Positions 26,741 through 40,071 of a DNA stretch of 64,000 nt are shown here, piece after piece. The stretch's first letter is position 1. Each line of letters starts with the position of its first letter. A program made the position numbers and the translations under genes. The notes beneath the pieces were generated by a model. That model was not told the DNA's origin and searched no databases. It saw nothing but the letters and a program-made list of their open reading frames with translations. Source of the DNA: Raillietiella orientalis (taxonomy: Eukaryota); NCBI GenBank assembly GCA_036172245.1, contig JAYWIR010000003.1:5208001-5272000 (forward strand), read 5' to 3'.

Positions 26741-27779
26741 TGTAATTGTTTAGAGATATCAAATGAAAAAGAGATATCAATCAATGAAAGAATGTAATAA
26801 ATCAACGAGGGAATATTCTGCTGGCACGAAAAGACTGGTCAATGAATTGAATACCTTAGATACAAGAATCAAGAACCTTGCTAAGAGAAGAATACAATAT
26901 TGTGAGACGGACAGCGATAGCAACATGAAGCCAGATTCGCTGTCTCTGTAGCAAAGTAAAAATACAAAAGCAAAAAGACTGGAAAAGGATAAGAGAAAGA
27001 AATAAAGCTGGCTCACTTCCTGTTGACAGCCATAAGAATCAGGGCAGCACCATGAAGCGTTAATTGGTGCACCAACTAAGCAGAAAGACAGATCTTGCTG
27101 TTTGTCGAACATCTAGACTTCGTCTGCATGCAAGAGATCCACAAACTAATGACAAACACCCAACAACAGTTCTTCCAAAATTGAGAGCCTTTTCCTAGAC
27201 AGGCAACCAAGAAGAGCAAAGGCATGACAACTACCAACGTTGACTGCTAAACAACCACTTGCCACCAGGAGGTCGGATTGATAGTCTTGAAGATATCCTG
27301 GTGTAGAAACAGCCCTCTGTGCATGGTTAGCAAATATGCACCAGAGACCAAAAATTCATAATGAGTACAAGTTCTGTAGACAGTTGTAGTAGACTGTAAA
27401 GTAGGGGCACTACCAATGACATCCTAGTCGCCTTGGCAAATATGAACCGGAAGCATTGGAGCACAAAGAAGTCGATTATGTATCGGCAAATGGTGAAAGT
27501 CATGTCGATCAACTGGATTGAGAACATTGGCACACTGTATGAGCTCATTCCAAGAGATAAAATTTTCCACCTTGGAAAACCTCCAGCCTAGCGTCGATAT
27601 CAGGATGGAAAATATCTGAAGAATGTACTGAAAGAAAGGATGTGCTCTTGTGCATGCCTGGCTGGTAAGAGACCTACATAGAGAAACATTCAGTGATGGA
27701 AAGTATTCTGGAAACTACTACCATTACCCAGGTGGAAGACTGTGGCAGGATGAAGAAGGTGATTCATCTGTGCCCTGGC

Positions 27780-28250
27780 TGAAATGTCAGAGAAGATATC
27801 TTCCGATAGAGTGAATGGAAAAGTAAGTTTGTTGGGAGAATGGAACTTTGAGTTCCAATATACTGATTATTCAATACAATTTTTGCAATGCTCAATGTCA
27901 AGGAAAATAAAAGCAGCATTCATGCAATACTACCATACATTCTTTCATCGCAAATTACTGTTACGATGCACGGTTTCAGCTGTACATTTACAATTACATG
28001 ACAAACAGACAACTGCTTACGTGCTTACATGTGGAACAGAGAAAAGATCATAATCGTCGACCTAACAAAGGACAACCAAGAAAATATCAATTATGGACTA
28101 ATCGAAACCCTAAAAAACGGAATATGTTCCACGAAATACCAAGGACACGTCCAACTCTACGATCGTCCACATGTCATCTTCGCAAACGTGGATCCAAATT
28201 ATGAAAAAATGAGTTCAGACGGTTGGATCATTCATTTTATAAATAACCAC
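27780..28250 (+). pseudogene. Endogenous viral element: CRESS-DNA-virus-like Rep, SF3 helicase domain
   Basis: IIIVDLTKDNQENINYGLIETLKNGICSTKY...PHVIFANVDPNYEKMSSDGWII gives Walker B, B' (STKY), motif C (VIFAN) and the Arg-finger position (DGW instead of DRW), in nanovirus/alphasatellite/smacovirus-type spacing. A degenerate Walker A region (DYSIQF...SRKIKAAFMQYY) lies upstream in another frame. Confidence 0.8.
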
Positions 28251-31200
28251 AACAAGAAAAAGACAAACGTGGTACATGAGAATTGTACTCAAAAAACCTG
28301 GAACTCTGGGTACAAGAACTTGTCAATCCACAGCGCAGTGCCCAGTATGCAAAATCAGTTGGACCATATAGGAAGAGTACGAAGAATTCGTTTAAGAAGG
28401 CAACAGCTCCGAATCATAGCTGTATGCAAAAACACGCTTAAGGGTTGCGCCAGGAACAAACGTAGAGAGCCAAAAACGTTAACTGGATCCATTAAGAATG
28501 AAATCTTCGCAGGATCCAGGCGTGAACAAGAAATTCTGAAACAGCATCGCTAAAGCTCAGAGTCTTTGGCGCCAACCTGCAGTTGGATCAACTCTCTAGA
28601 AGTCTCATGCATCGCTGCAGTTGGAGGATGACCTAATTACGTTCCATCAAAGTGATCTACTTTCTGACTAAGCCTCTTAACAAGGCATCCACTTAAGCAA
28701 TGTTGCCTTGCGTATAAAAAAAACGAAGCAATGGATCACTTGTTCACTTGACAGACCACGTGCAAAAGTTGCAAATAATCAAGGAACCTTCCTATCTGGG
28801 GACAAAACTAGGAGTGAAGTACAGTGTGCTGTTAGGGGGAAAAGGGAATGTTCTTAACGCAATCCATGGTGAAAAGCACACTCGCTCTCCTCGTCACCAG
28901 CATTGTGATCAGAAAGGCAAAGCTGAAACAAGAAAGACATTTGACAGCGTTGCATATATGACGGTATCAACGAACCATGAAATAGGACAGATGCGGATAG
29001 ATTCGTGCATAGATCTACCGTTGCAATTTTCAGAAAATATCAAGCATTTTGGGAAGAACATGAAGTAAACAAAGCTAAAGCATAAGAATTATCAAACACA
29101 CTAGAAGGGCTAAGAGTTTTTTTTCTTTGATTTTTTAAATATCGAGACGATAACTCATTCTAGCACCAGTTAGATTCGAGAAATGATGTTCGATCCGAAT
29201 ATTACCATTATATTGGCAAATAAATATTGAATAGCGAAGTCTAACCATGCCAATAGAATTTATTTTATTTTTTCAATAGAGAAAACGGCACCACGATCAA
29301 AGGTCTTGCAGATGCATGGGTCCACTTCTTAAGTTTTTCTACAATATTCTGGAAGAAATTTATCTGAAAGCATTGAACTGCAGGGAACAATTCCAGACTG
29401 GCGTTGCTACTGCACGCCGAAGTGTGCATGGCTTCCTGTCCTGAAACGCCAGAGTTCATTTGGCGATCAGAGAATCGTTGGAAGCCGGCAAGGAAGCAAG
29501 TTTCTACTGGATCCTCACCTTGTCACTCTGGTTACAACAGTGAACATACATTATAAAAACTAAGTTCCTCCTGGAAATAAAAAAAAGGTTCGTACGGGAG
29601 TGAAAGCCGTCTCGTAGATGGACCGTATACAAGGAACAGAATAAAGGAGAGGGAACAAGAAAATAAAAATGGAGGGAAGGAACAAGAGACCTTGTATCTA
29701 TGTGTAGCCATCTCACTTCAGTCTGCATCGTCTACTCTGCAAGACGAATTGCGTGCCTTTGTTTCTGCTCAAGCTGCTGAGCGATTCAGGCCGCAACGAT
29801 GCCATGCAGTGGCAATCACGGGGAGCATTTGGGAGTCCACCTCTTGCAAAAATGCATCGTCTCAAGTTTCTAAGATGCCTCCCAAATAGAACAGCGCTCT
29901 TGCCAACCTCTGTCAGATGTCATAAAGAGCATCACACTCCATGGGCAAATGCAGGAATGACTCGAAAGCCATGCACCTAGAAAGCGTCGAAGAAACGCGT
30001 TCCCCAGACACAAGGTGACGACATTCACTCCACTGGAAAGGCAAGTCCAGAAGGAGCACCACCTACTGCTGCCGTTTCAAGGGAGTACCGGAGAGTCCGC
30101 GCACAAGGCAGAGCCCGCAAGTTCTTCAGAGAGCACACTGAGTAGTAACTAATGTGCTCATTAATTAGTTAAGCTCGAGAGTGGTTCACCTATCCTCATT
30201 CAAGATACTGCAGTAGGTTATCAAGAGCGCGCAGAAGTGACTTCAGAGTTCCACTAAGCGTGGAGTGTATTTGGACGTTTGTTTGGTAATACGATCTTCT
30301 AACGAACTGCAGCAGGGAATTCTGCGCGTTCCTGTCACGTCAAGTACATGTAGTCCAGGATAACACGCCATCCGTTGATGCGATCCGCTCTCCTCCCTAC
30401 TGCTGGTTCATGGGTTCCGAAATGGAAAGTCGAAGGGAAAATTCTGGAGGTTTGGTTGATTTGCAGATGAATCCTGTGAGGGAGGAATTCCGTTCTTTGA
30501 AGAGTCGATCGCTGTTTCGTTTCGCTTGCTTTGCACTTCCAATCCAAGATCCGAAACATAGACGCAATACACCATTTCCTCTAGCAGTCTCACTGAATTC
30601 TGGCCGGTCATCTTCTTGAGAGATTTCGCTCTTTTGCCTTATTTTCGAAGGAATCCTTTGTTCTCTCATTTGCATATTCTGATTTCGCTTGTGGATACTG
30701 CTCTTTCAACTTAGAAAGACTCCGTTCCGGTATGTGCACATGATGCTTTGTTTTTTTGTTTCGATACCTTTGACCTTGGCTTGCTCTGGAGACCTTGCAC
30801 AAACGGATAGACATGCAAGCGGAAGTGGTCCTTCGGATTAAAACAGATAAAGAGCCCTAAAGGAACGCAGTGCACCACATCTGAATACGAAATGTTTTCA
30901 CTTTTTGCAAAGCGTAGTGGAAAGTATCCTGGAATCCCACGTCACGAAACTTCAAGGTCGACCGGTATTCAACGTGTTGGAAAACAGTTCTTGTGATTGT
31001 CCTGTCTTTTCTGATTGTCCTGTCTTGAAACGACGAAAAAAAAAAACGTGCGAACACCACACTGCAATCTTTATTAATCAATGATTGACATCATTTCATC
31101 TGTACGTTTCTGTGGCAAACACTTTAGTGTTCTTAAATGACTTAATTGCACTCTTGAGTTCATCTGAGCTGGTGACATGCAGTAATAACCATCTATCCTT

Positions 31201-33235
31201 CAATAATAAAGTGTTTTTAATACTAAGATTTCGTCTGTGTATGCAACGGTAAATGCTTTGCTTGGAAATTCGCATGCCATGATTCCTCATTCTCACTTTT
31301 ATATGCTCACTGGTTAACCAAATTAATGGAAAATTCCATTAGAGTCTGTTTTGTTGGAGCCAAGGTCAAGAACTATAAACTCATTTTCAGCAAGCAAAAT
31401 TACAGATTCATAGTAGATGATCTAAGAATCATTAGAATACTTCCGTATGTCTCTCCAAACAAGTTGAGCGTACACCATTTAGCAAACATTGATGTTATTC
31501 ATTTCTATTAATATTCACCAAATACAATATCACTTAAATGAAATTGTGGCATAAAAACGCATTAAAATTGAGACTAATATAGCATATACTTAGAGATGAG
31601 AGCCATATGTAGTGTAGCCATTATGCTTTTTAAATAAAGTTTTCAAAAATTCAATATGCTTGGTGATTTGAAGTCATGCAGCTCTAAATGCAAAAGATGA
31701 TTAGAAAGAATAAATAGAAAATAATCCAAATTTACTGAACCCAAAAAACAATGATTTGGTTAAGCATGTGATATAATGAAATAAAATGTATGGCTTCCAG
31801 ACTGATACAACTCAAATTTAAGTAAAATGACACATGATGTCGTTTGTAGCTGAGTGGAAATACAAAATCATGTTATGCATAAAAAACGTGAACCAAATAT
31901 GAATTATCCATATGAAATGTGTTAAACATGAATTAAGACTCAATCTGACTTCATACAACAAAAGAACCACTTGAAAGTAATATGAAGTGTTAATACAAAT
32001 ATACCATATGAAAATCCAGCAAAACCTCGAGTCTTCTGTTTCATATACCACGAATTCCATATAATGTTATTGAATAAAAGTTGTGCTTTTATTCACATGC
32101 TCTTTACAATTGTAAACAGTGTGCATGCACTGTTTGTAATTGCATTTCTGTAGTGTTCATGAAGCAGTTCAGTTCAATCGGAGGATCCGAGATGTTTAGA
32201 TAACTTATTAAAAACTACAGATAATACTTTAAAAAAATTCGAAAAATATATTTAAGCAAGAATTGATTAGTTAGTAAGAATTAATCAAAAGCAGAAAATA
32301 TTGAGGAACCTCAAGGAATTCTCATGAAATAAAGCTGCTACACTAATTTACATTTGTAGTAGTTCCCAGACCTTTTTAAAATGCGAAAATGAAAATACCT
32401 TTGTATGACTGTGATTGAAATTATTGATTAAAGTAAAACAAAAAAAACTTGAAAAATTATAATGAAGACTTAGATTAGATCAAATAAAAGAAATTTGGTG
32501 GAAAAGTATACTCATGTTACCAATGAAAACTAAATCTATAATGAAAAATGAAAATGAAACCCACTAATTTCAGCAGCATGTTCAGTTTTAAAATAAGATG
32601 GCACAATTCAATATAATGACTGTATTAGGAAACAAGACAATAGCTTATTAATAAAAGCCATGCTCAGAAGAAAGGCAATAACTACTTGAATTATTAAGAA
32701 TGCTAAAAGCTTTTAACAACAATTAAAAATGGCATATATTTAATAAAAATATACAAAAATTGCAAGACATAAACAAACTCTGTGATGATCACATTTGTAT
32801 TGCATCACTTCAAACACATTTGATGTTTCTAGAAACACATATATGTATTTTGGTATCCTATTATGAATAATGAATTACCGCTGCACTGATCAGTCTTGAG
32901 AACTTCAATATCATTAATCACAAAATTTAAATCAAATTATCACTAAAATTTCTGTTTGCATGTTTTCATATCTTACATACCTATTCATTTTGATTATTAA
33001 GAACAACTTGATATCTCAGGATACATAATGAAAAAATCCAGATTATCATATATTATACCTGCTACCACAATTCTGCCTTACTTTAAACTGATTAGGCATC
33101 CCCCAAAACTCGCTTCTATTAAAATGCAATTTGCTATTTTTGCTCTTCAGACTCTAGATAAACACAGCATCAAATGAACTGCAATGCAGTGATAGTATAT
33201 ATTTGAATGCTCTGCAGATACCTTATTACTAGTGG

Positions 33236-35159
33236 TCAATGCAAGAAACGAATGGATAATTTTTGCTCCACATTTGTTCTTTTCAAAGCTTCTACAAATT
33301 CCTTGAAAGATATTTTATGATCGCCATCCTGATCAGCTTCTTGTATAGTACGCTCTGCAATAGATACCAACTGTTCCTCTGATATATTGGCTCCCACCAT
33401 CATCTGTAGTACTGCTAGTAATTCATCTCTGGAGATCATCTCATCTTCATCTAAATCATACATTTTGAATGCAACTGGAAAGAAGTCAAAACACTGAATG
33501 TTTTGCACATCAGCCACTCACAATGAAGTTTTTCTTCACGAGAATTTATGATGTTCTCATGTTTCTTTCTAATTGGCCGAAAATGAGCTAAGACTCGAAC
33601 AAACTGGCGAAAGTTAACTCTGTCACTATTGCTTTCCTATGTATCAACAGGCAATGATGTTAACTTATAAAGTGATCATCAAACCTGAAAAAATGCATGG
33701 ACAATGCGTTCACCCAAAGGATTAATAGCTAGTTCTGGGATTCTCAAAAAATCTTCCCGACTCAAACTGCCATTGTCACCTTTATCCAAACTTGTAAATC
33801 TACTATACAACCTCACTATCTGATTGGGAGAAACTAGAATAAAAACAACCATTACTTTGTAATCAAGGTTAAATTCAATCATGACATTGTTTTCAATTGT
33901 AATTCAATAATATGAATTTTGCCACATGTTGGAAATAAAATAATCATATCATAAGTCATTCTTCCTAATCTCCTTCACAGAAATTCTTATCATATAATAA
34001 AGCTATAACTGCTGGTATCTTGTTACTCTTTTTCATATGAGTACTTTTTCAAGATTTTAAGTTACAGGCTTACTCACTGCAGAAACATTGTATTAAAGTC
34101 CGATGTATGAAAGCTTCCAGTTCCTTTTTATTATTTGCATGCAAAGAAAGTTATCACCTTCTGTTTATGTTCACTATAAACTTAAATTAGAAAAAATTTC
34201 CAGCTGCTATTTCACATAACTATGCTGGTATAATTATAATTCTCTAAATTCGACAATTTGAGATAAACAACTGCACAGCTGAATTGTTGATTAGTACGAA
34301 TGTCTTGTAATAACCTACATAACATTAAAAAGAAAATCCTTCTACCATGAAACTAAATTATGCTCTCGAACTTTTTATCGTGTCTTGAATTAATTCCATT
34401 GCCGATTCGGAATACTATTTTCATGCTTACAGATACTACTTACTTTTGAAGTCACCATACTTTTAATCTAATGATCAAACTATTCTCAGCCTAAGATGCA
34501 TCACACCAGTTGCAGTACTTTTTACTGCCAATGACGGAATAAAATAACTCATATTCCAACAGCATAGTCCAAGTAAATCCTGTTTAATTCCTGCACATTC
34601 AAGGTGTTCTTATTTTGGACAACGTATTATCACTGACATGAGATGCAGTTAATGAATACTTGGATTTTTCATGTAGATGGGGTATCCATAATAATAATGA
34701 AAAAAAAAACTGAAACAAAACTATGATGTGAATGTAACTCAAATCTAAGCCATAAATAACCACAGAAGGGTCAAGCAAACCCACTTTTCCAACAGTAAAG
34801 CAGTCAAGAATCTTTCTGTTCGGCATCTCAATTTCCCTATCACTCTTTCTACTACATCCCAATTTCAGTCAGTTTTGGAATCACTAGCATTTTAATCTCA
34901 CTTCTGCACTTTTATTTCCTAGAGAGAAAGCTTGCAAAATTCCAGAGGCTACGGAAAATCATAACACCAGAATTCCACGTTTGCCCGATTACTGCCATGT
35001 AACTAAACAGAGGTCAAATCTAAACCAAACGACCACAACGGGTTAACAAGCATGCGGACAATTATGTTTTGGGTGATTTTCTGAATACTTACAGCCCGTT
35101 TCCTCTTGAATTTGTTTTATATCTTCTTCACGCAACATTAACGAAGACCGATTGCCCAT
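33236..35159 (-). CDS. CHP1: Calcineurin B homologous protein 1 (EF-hand), 4 exons, 189 aa
   Basis: Exons 35159-35093, 33833-33685, 33636-33522, 33474-33236, all GT-AG and phase consistent. MGNRSSLMLREEDIKQIQEETGFSPNQIVRLYSRFTSLDKG...IPELAINPLGERIV...AFKMYDLD...KLSIRFLH. Confidence 0.97.
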
Positions 35160-37129
35160 GTTGCACCACCTGCGACGTCAGACGTACAACAGCGCTCCAG
35201 AAATTGACGATCAGTTGCCTATGTAATTCATTCACGAAACTGAAAACTTTCTTACATAACTTGGCAATCGTGCAAACCACACTGATGAAGGTATACAGCA
35301 TAAATAAAAACTAGCACTGCGATTTCATACGATTTCTTTTCGGTTCATGCTATTTATAAAAATAATCATGTAGATACTGAGCAATGTAACATTAAATTAA
35401 ATAATGAGCTATTTGCGCTTAATGAATGCATGCAATTTTCAAATACACGTTCTTAAAGGCTTCTACACTACATTGTTCCCTCAAATTTTCCGTTTTTTAA
35501 CCATGTTAATATACTGCTGTTGTGGATCTTAAGAAACAATATTCAGCTTTTATATAAAAAATAATTACTTTTACACTCGATTATTTTGAAGTACTTAATG
35601 TATTACTTTATTTTGAACTTTAAATGGATTTTACAGACTATTGGAATAAGACTATTTTTTTTTTCTTAATTGAGATAGGATTTTAAGACACATATGTAGT
35701 CTCTGCAAGCTCAAATGAAATCATTCATCCTTGACTGAAGCACACAAAGATACAAGATCAAAAATATGTTAATCAAAAACCTTGGAATATTTTAATACTA
35801 TGATACCCGTGCTTATTAGTTTTGTTTACACTTATAAAAATAAAGTATTTTGAGCTTTGTTGATGTAAGATTAATGCAAAAAATATGTACGAGTGAATTA
35901 TAGACAATCTTTCTAAGCTAAATACAAAGTTTTAAACTCGTTTTTAAACTAAATAACTAGCTTTAAACTAAAAGTTCTCACATTCAAATAATAGTCATTT
36001 TGAACACAATATCATGTTGTTATCCCTCAGAGTTATTTAAATGAAAGTTCATTTAGGAAGTTACTTCTATGGAGAAAAAACCTAAATTTTGATCAAGAAA
36101 ACATAGAGAACATCTAACTACACAATAAGAAATGCAAAGACAACCTATGTTTTTCAATTCATTTCTCAGATCACGTGGCAAATGTTCCAATAAAATGAGT
36201 AGTTTCATAGAGGATACTTTTTAATCCAAGTGTATTAAGGGCACAACTACTCGTTGCATAGAATGAAATCTAAAACATTATCGAAGCACATACGAATAGA
36301 ACACTACTACAAACTATCGATTCATCTTGACTGCACTTACATAGATTGTATTACTGACCCAATGTAATGATACTCTCCAAACGCTGAGTGGGTTAAATTA
36401 CAGCTGAGTTTAAATCACAACATTTGTTGCAAGTGACAATCATAAAACAAAAATCTTTCAAAGTTATAAAAGAATTTGTACATTTCTGATGAACCAAAAC
36501 TGAAATTTATTTGTGTTCGCACAGTCGATTCGAGCAATCAAAATCAATATTTATTTTCATTCCCATTATTTGATAATCATTATTGATTAACATACATAAA
36601 CTCTCAAATTTAGTTGCTAAAGGATTTATGGTGGTAACGGGAAAAGCAGTGTATAAGATCGCTGCGTTTGCTTGGGTGAGCTTAGGTAAGGTTTCTGCTG
36701 AAAATGGCTGCATTTGTGCATAGCGTTTGAGAGCATAACTTATCATATAAACCATTGGCTTTGCAAGACAGTGCAGTATATTTATATGCTTGTATTGCAG
36801 CAATACAAAAAGATCCGTTATGATGAGTGTAGACCGTTTATTATAGCAGGTGTGTTCTAAAAATTCACAATTTGTGTTTGAGCAATAAACATAGGTAATG
36901 TTTTACTTGCATTGGGGGCAGTGGGAAAAAATAGTTTGAAATTTTGAATTGTTTGCAAAATTTTTGGAAGAGGGTGCGACTTGTTTGTACGAATCGCATT
37001 CTCTCAACGCAGTTTAAGTGTTGATTTAAAAGTTTAGTGAAAATTGAAGTGGTAGTGTTTTTACTAAATGTGTATCGTGTCTTTGATAGGAGAAGTAACT
37101 TAAAAGAGTTAGATTTTTACGTAGAAACA

Positions 37130-40001
37130 ATGGGCTCATCAAAAAAGCATAAATTAGGAAAGATCAAACATGAAAAGGAAAAAACAGACAAAGAAAGGAA
37201 TGACAAAGAAAAATATGAAAAAGAGAAGAATAAAGGAAAACACGAGAAATTAAAAGAACGAAAAAAAAGAGAGTTGAGTAGATCTAGATCACGCTCTAGA
37301 GAAAAAGAAAAGTCGCAGAAGCAAAAAGAAAGATCTGAGAGAGATCGCAAGAAAAGAAGGGAGGGACATGCAAAGGAATTAAGTTATGGTAATATTCCAC
37401 AAAATTTTTATTGAGTTCATGAAAAACCTGATAGATGAGAGGAACCTCAAGTCTGCCAAAGCAGAACGGGATTCACCAACACATATCCACAAAGCAGGAG
37501 AAATTAGTTTATCTGTTGAGGACACTAATAAATTGAGAGCTAAATTGGGCTTGAAGCCTTTGGAAACTGGAAATAAACCAACAGAGGGAACTGGAGAGGA
37601 TGAAGATTATTTAAAAAAAAAGAAAGATGTCCATGTGCCAGCAAGTAAGTAATATTAGACTTATAACAAACTATTTTGCTGTAGAGAATATTGGTAAAAT
37701 TGCTCAGGAGGAAAAGCTCCGTGAAAAGATAGAAAATTTTAAAACGAAACGACAATATGATAAAAGGCTGTTGCAAGTAAAAACACTAGGAGAAATTCCA
37801 GATGATAATTTGGATGAGACAGCTGCCAGTTGGGTGCTACGTAATAGGCAGTTGCAGGAAGAAAAGGAATTGGCAACAAAAAGAGTCAGCATAGGTATGC
37901 AGATTAACCAGTTGCTGACTTGAGTCTCCCAGGCACAGATTCTGGAAGAGATGGATGAAGAGTTTGGAGTAGGAGCTTTGATAGACAAAGACTGGCATGA
38001 AAGACAAGCACAAGCTTACAGCAGCAAAGACTTAAAGGGACTGGTTGTGGAGCACTCATTGGTGAGTTCTTGTCTAGCGTATGTCGTAATTGAACATTTT
38101 CTAGGAGCGTTTCAAAGAAGGAAAAGAAGTGATTTTGACCCTGAAAGACAAAGAGGTGTTGGCTGAAGATGGTGACACATTGGTTAATGTCAATTTGGTG
38201 GATGAGGAGCACTATGAAAAGGTGTGATCATGACAGTTAAGGAGAGATTCAGTGTTTGTAGAATGTGGAGAATTTAAAACGTAAACCCACGTATCAACCA
38301 TATGAAGAAGCAGCTGAGGAAGAATGGGATGAACAGTTGGGTCAACCTAAGCCTCGTTCCCTCTTACGCAAATATGATGAAGAAATTTGCGGCCCCAAAA
38401 AGGATAGCTTTAAACTAGGTAATTTTGAAACTATCTTCATTATTAACGTTATGTAAATGATTTTGCAGATGATGAACATATAGGACATCTGGATGCAGAT
38501 GAACTTGAAAGGCGTATGAAGGAGCGGATCCGTTTGAAGTTAATGCAACACAATGTGGGTGTGTCATTAGCCATGACTCCACCCCAGCTTGCATCTGAGT
38601 TTTTGACAGCTGAAGAAGCTGCTGTAAAATTTAAAAAGATCAAGAGAAAGGTTATTTTCTGATCAGCTTGAAACTACCAACAAAGTAATCCTATGTAGGT
38701 CAAAATTCGTCGAAAACTTCGTGCTGATGATTTATTGTTGTCCACAAGCACTCTAAATAATGGTTTGCCTGCTAGTGTCAAGAAAGATCCTGACAGCCCT
38801 TCAGAAGCTTCTGTTGTTGTTGATGTAAAGAATGAGCCTATGGAACCTGCTGATAGTGTTGAAGAAACAAATTTTACAGAGGATGGTAAGAAATACAGGA
38901 AATTGTGTTTTCAGAGTTTTATGTGCTGTATGTAGATCTTTTGGGACCAGATGAAGATCTCAGTCAGATCATATTGGAGCCTGATGAAGCAGAACAAGAA
39001 CTTCAGTGGGCACTGAATAAGGCTCGGCGTCTTAAACAGAAAGAAGCTCTGTATCTAAACATTGAACAACAGACAGTTGCAGCCCCCCCTACAGAAGAAC
39101 AGCCCGTTCCAGCCCTCCGCGGGGCAATTGTGATGAATGAAACAGCAGAGTTTTGTCGCTCATTAGGTGATATTCCCACATATGGAATGTCTGGTAATAG
39201 AGATGAGGATACTGAAGGCATTATGGTAAAATGTAACATATGTTCTGGCTTATATAACTGCTTTTAGGATTTTGAGCATGAGGTCGCTCAGCAGAAGGGT
39301 GATGAAGAAGAAAACCACAAGAAAAGTGGTTGGAATGAGATTACCATAGGTAAGTGAGTGTAGTGCAATAGAATGTTGATCTTGGATCAGATGCAGAGGA
39401 AGAATTTTCGGATTTGAAGGCTGATAGCGTTACAATTCTTGAAGAGGAACCAGATGTAGGCAGAGGGGTTGCTGCTGCTCTCAAATTAGCACTCAGCAAA
39501 GGCTATCTGGAACGTGAAGAAAAGAAAATGGGAACAGCTTCTTGCAATATCCATTTGTTGCGTGCTCAAAACTATTCTATTGAAGACAAAAACTTTGGGT
39601 AAGAACTAATGTAAAACAATGAAAACAAGAAAGTGATTTAACACCAATACAGTGATGATGAACGCCTGGCACGCCGTGAACGATACAATGGTCCCCTGAC
39701 AGATTTCAAAGAGAAAACTGGTTATCGGCCAGATATCAAACTAGAATACATCGATGATCAAGGACGATTGCTTAGTTCCAAAGAAGCTTTCAGGCACTTA
39801 TCACATAAATTTCATGGAAAAGCATCTGGAAAAAACAAAACAGAAAAGCGTGCCAAAAAACTGCTGCAAGAGACCCTCATGAAGCAGATGAGCTCAACTG
39901 ATACACCACTAGCAACACTTAGCAAACTGGTTCGCAAGCAAAAAGAGACACAAAGCCCTTTTGTTGTGCTTAGTGGTAGCAATAAGCAGGGCAACTTCTG
40001 A
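37130..40001 (+). CDS. SART1: U4/U6.U5 tri-snRNP-associated protein 1 (SART1/Snu66), 12 exons, ~789 aa
   Basis: Exons 37130-37388, 37435-37644, 37685-37884, 37933-38061, 38105-38221, 38262-38418, 38469-38650, 38699-38885, 38936-39225, 39268-39349, 39391-39598, 39653-40001. HIND motif [20 protein letters not shown] and C-terminal [14 protein letters not shown]...KMSS-like QMSSTDTPL. The last few codons are uncertain. Confidence 0.96.
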
Positions 40002-40045
40002 TAAATATTAAATGCCTTTAGGAGTAACCCAACTGAGTGTTTCAC

Positions 40046-40071
40046 TTTATTAGTCATAAAGATGAAATAAA
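40046..40071. terminator. Opposed polyadenylation signals of TRNT1 and SART1
   Basis: AATAAA on the minus strand at 40046-40051 and on the plus strand at 40066-40071, both in the 70-bp gap between the stop codons. Confidence 0.6.

Noticed and set aside
27710..27735. SGNYYHYPG as a possible HUH motif II of Rep
   Set aside because: Too close to the Walker A region, and in a different frame from the better-fitting upstream peptide.
29197..29205. GAATATTAC, similar to a CRESS-virus origin nonanucleotide, ~1 kb from the Rep remnant
   Set aside because: No flanking GC-rich stem presenting it in a loop, and it is expected by chance in AT-rich DNA.
32784..32890. GTGATGA ... CTGA as a possible C/D snoRNA
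   Set aside because: Antisense to the CHP1 3' region, not intronic, and no terminal stem or recognisable guide.
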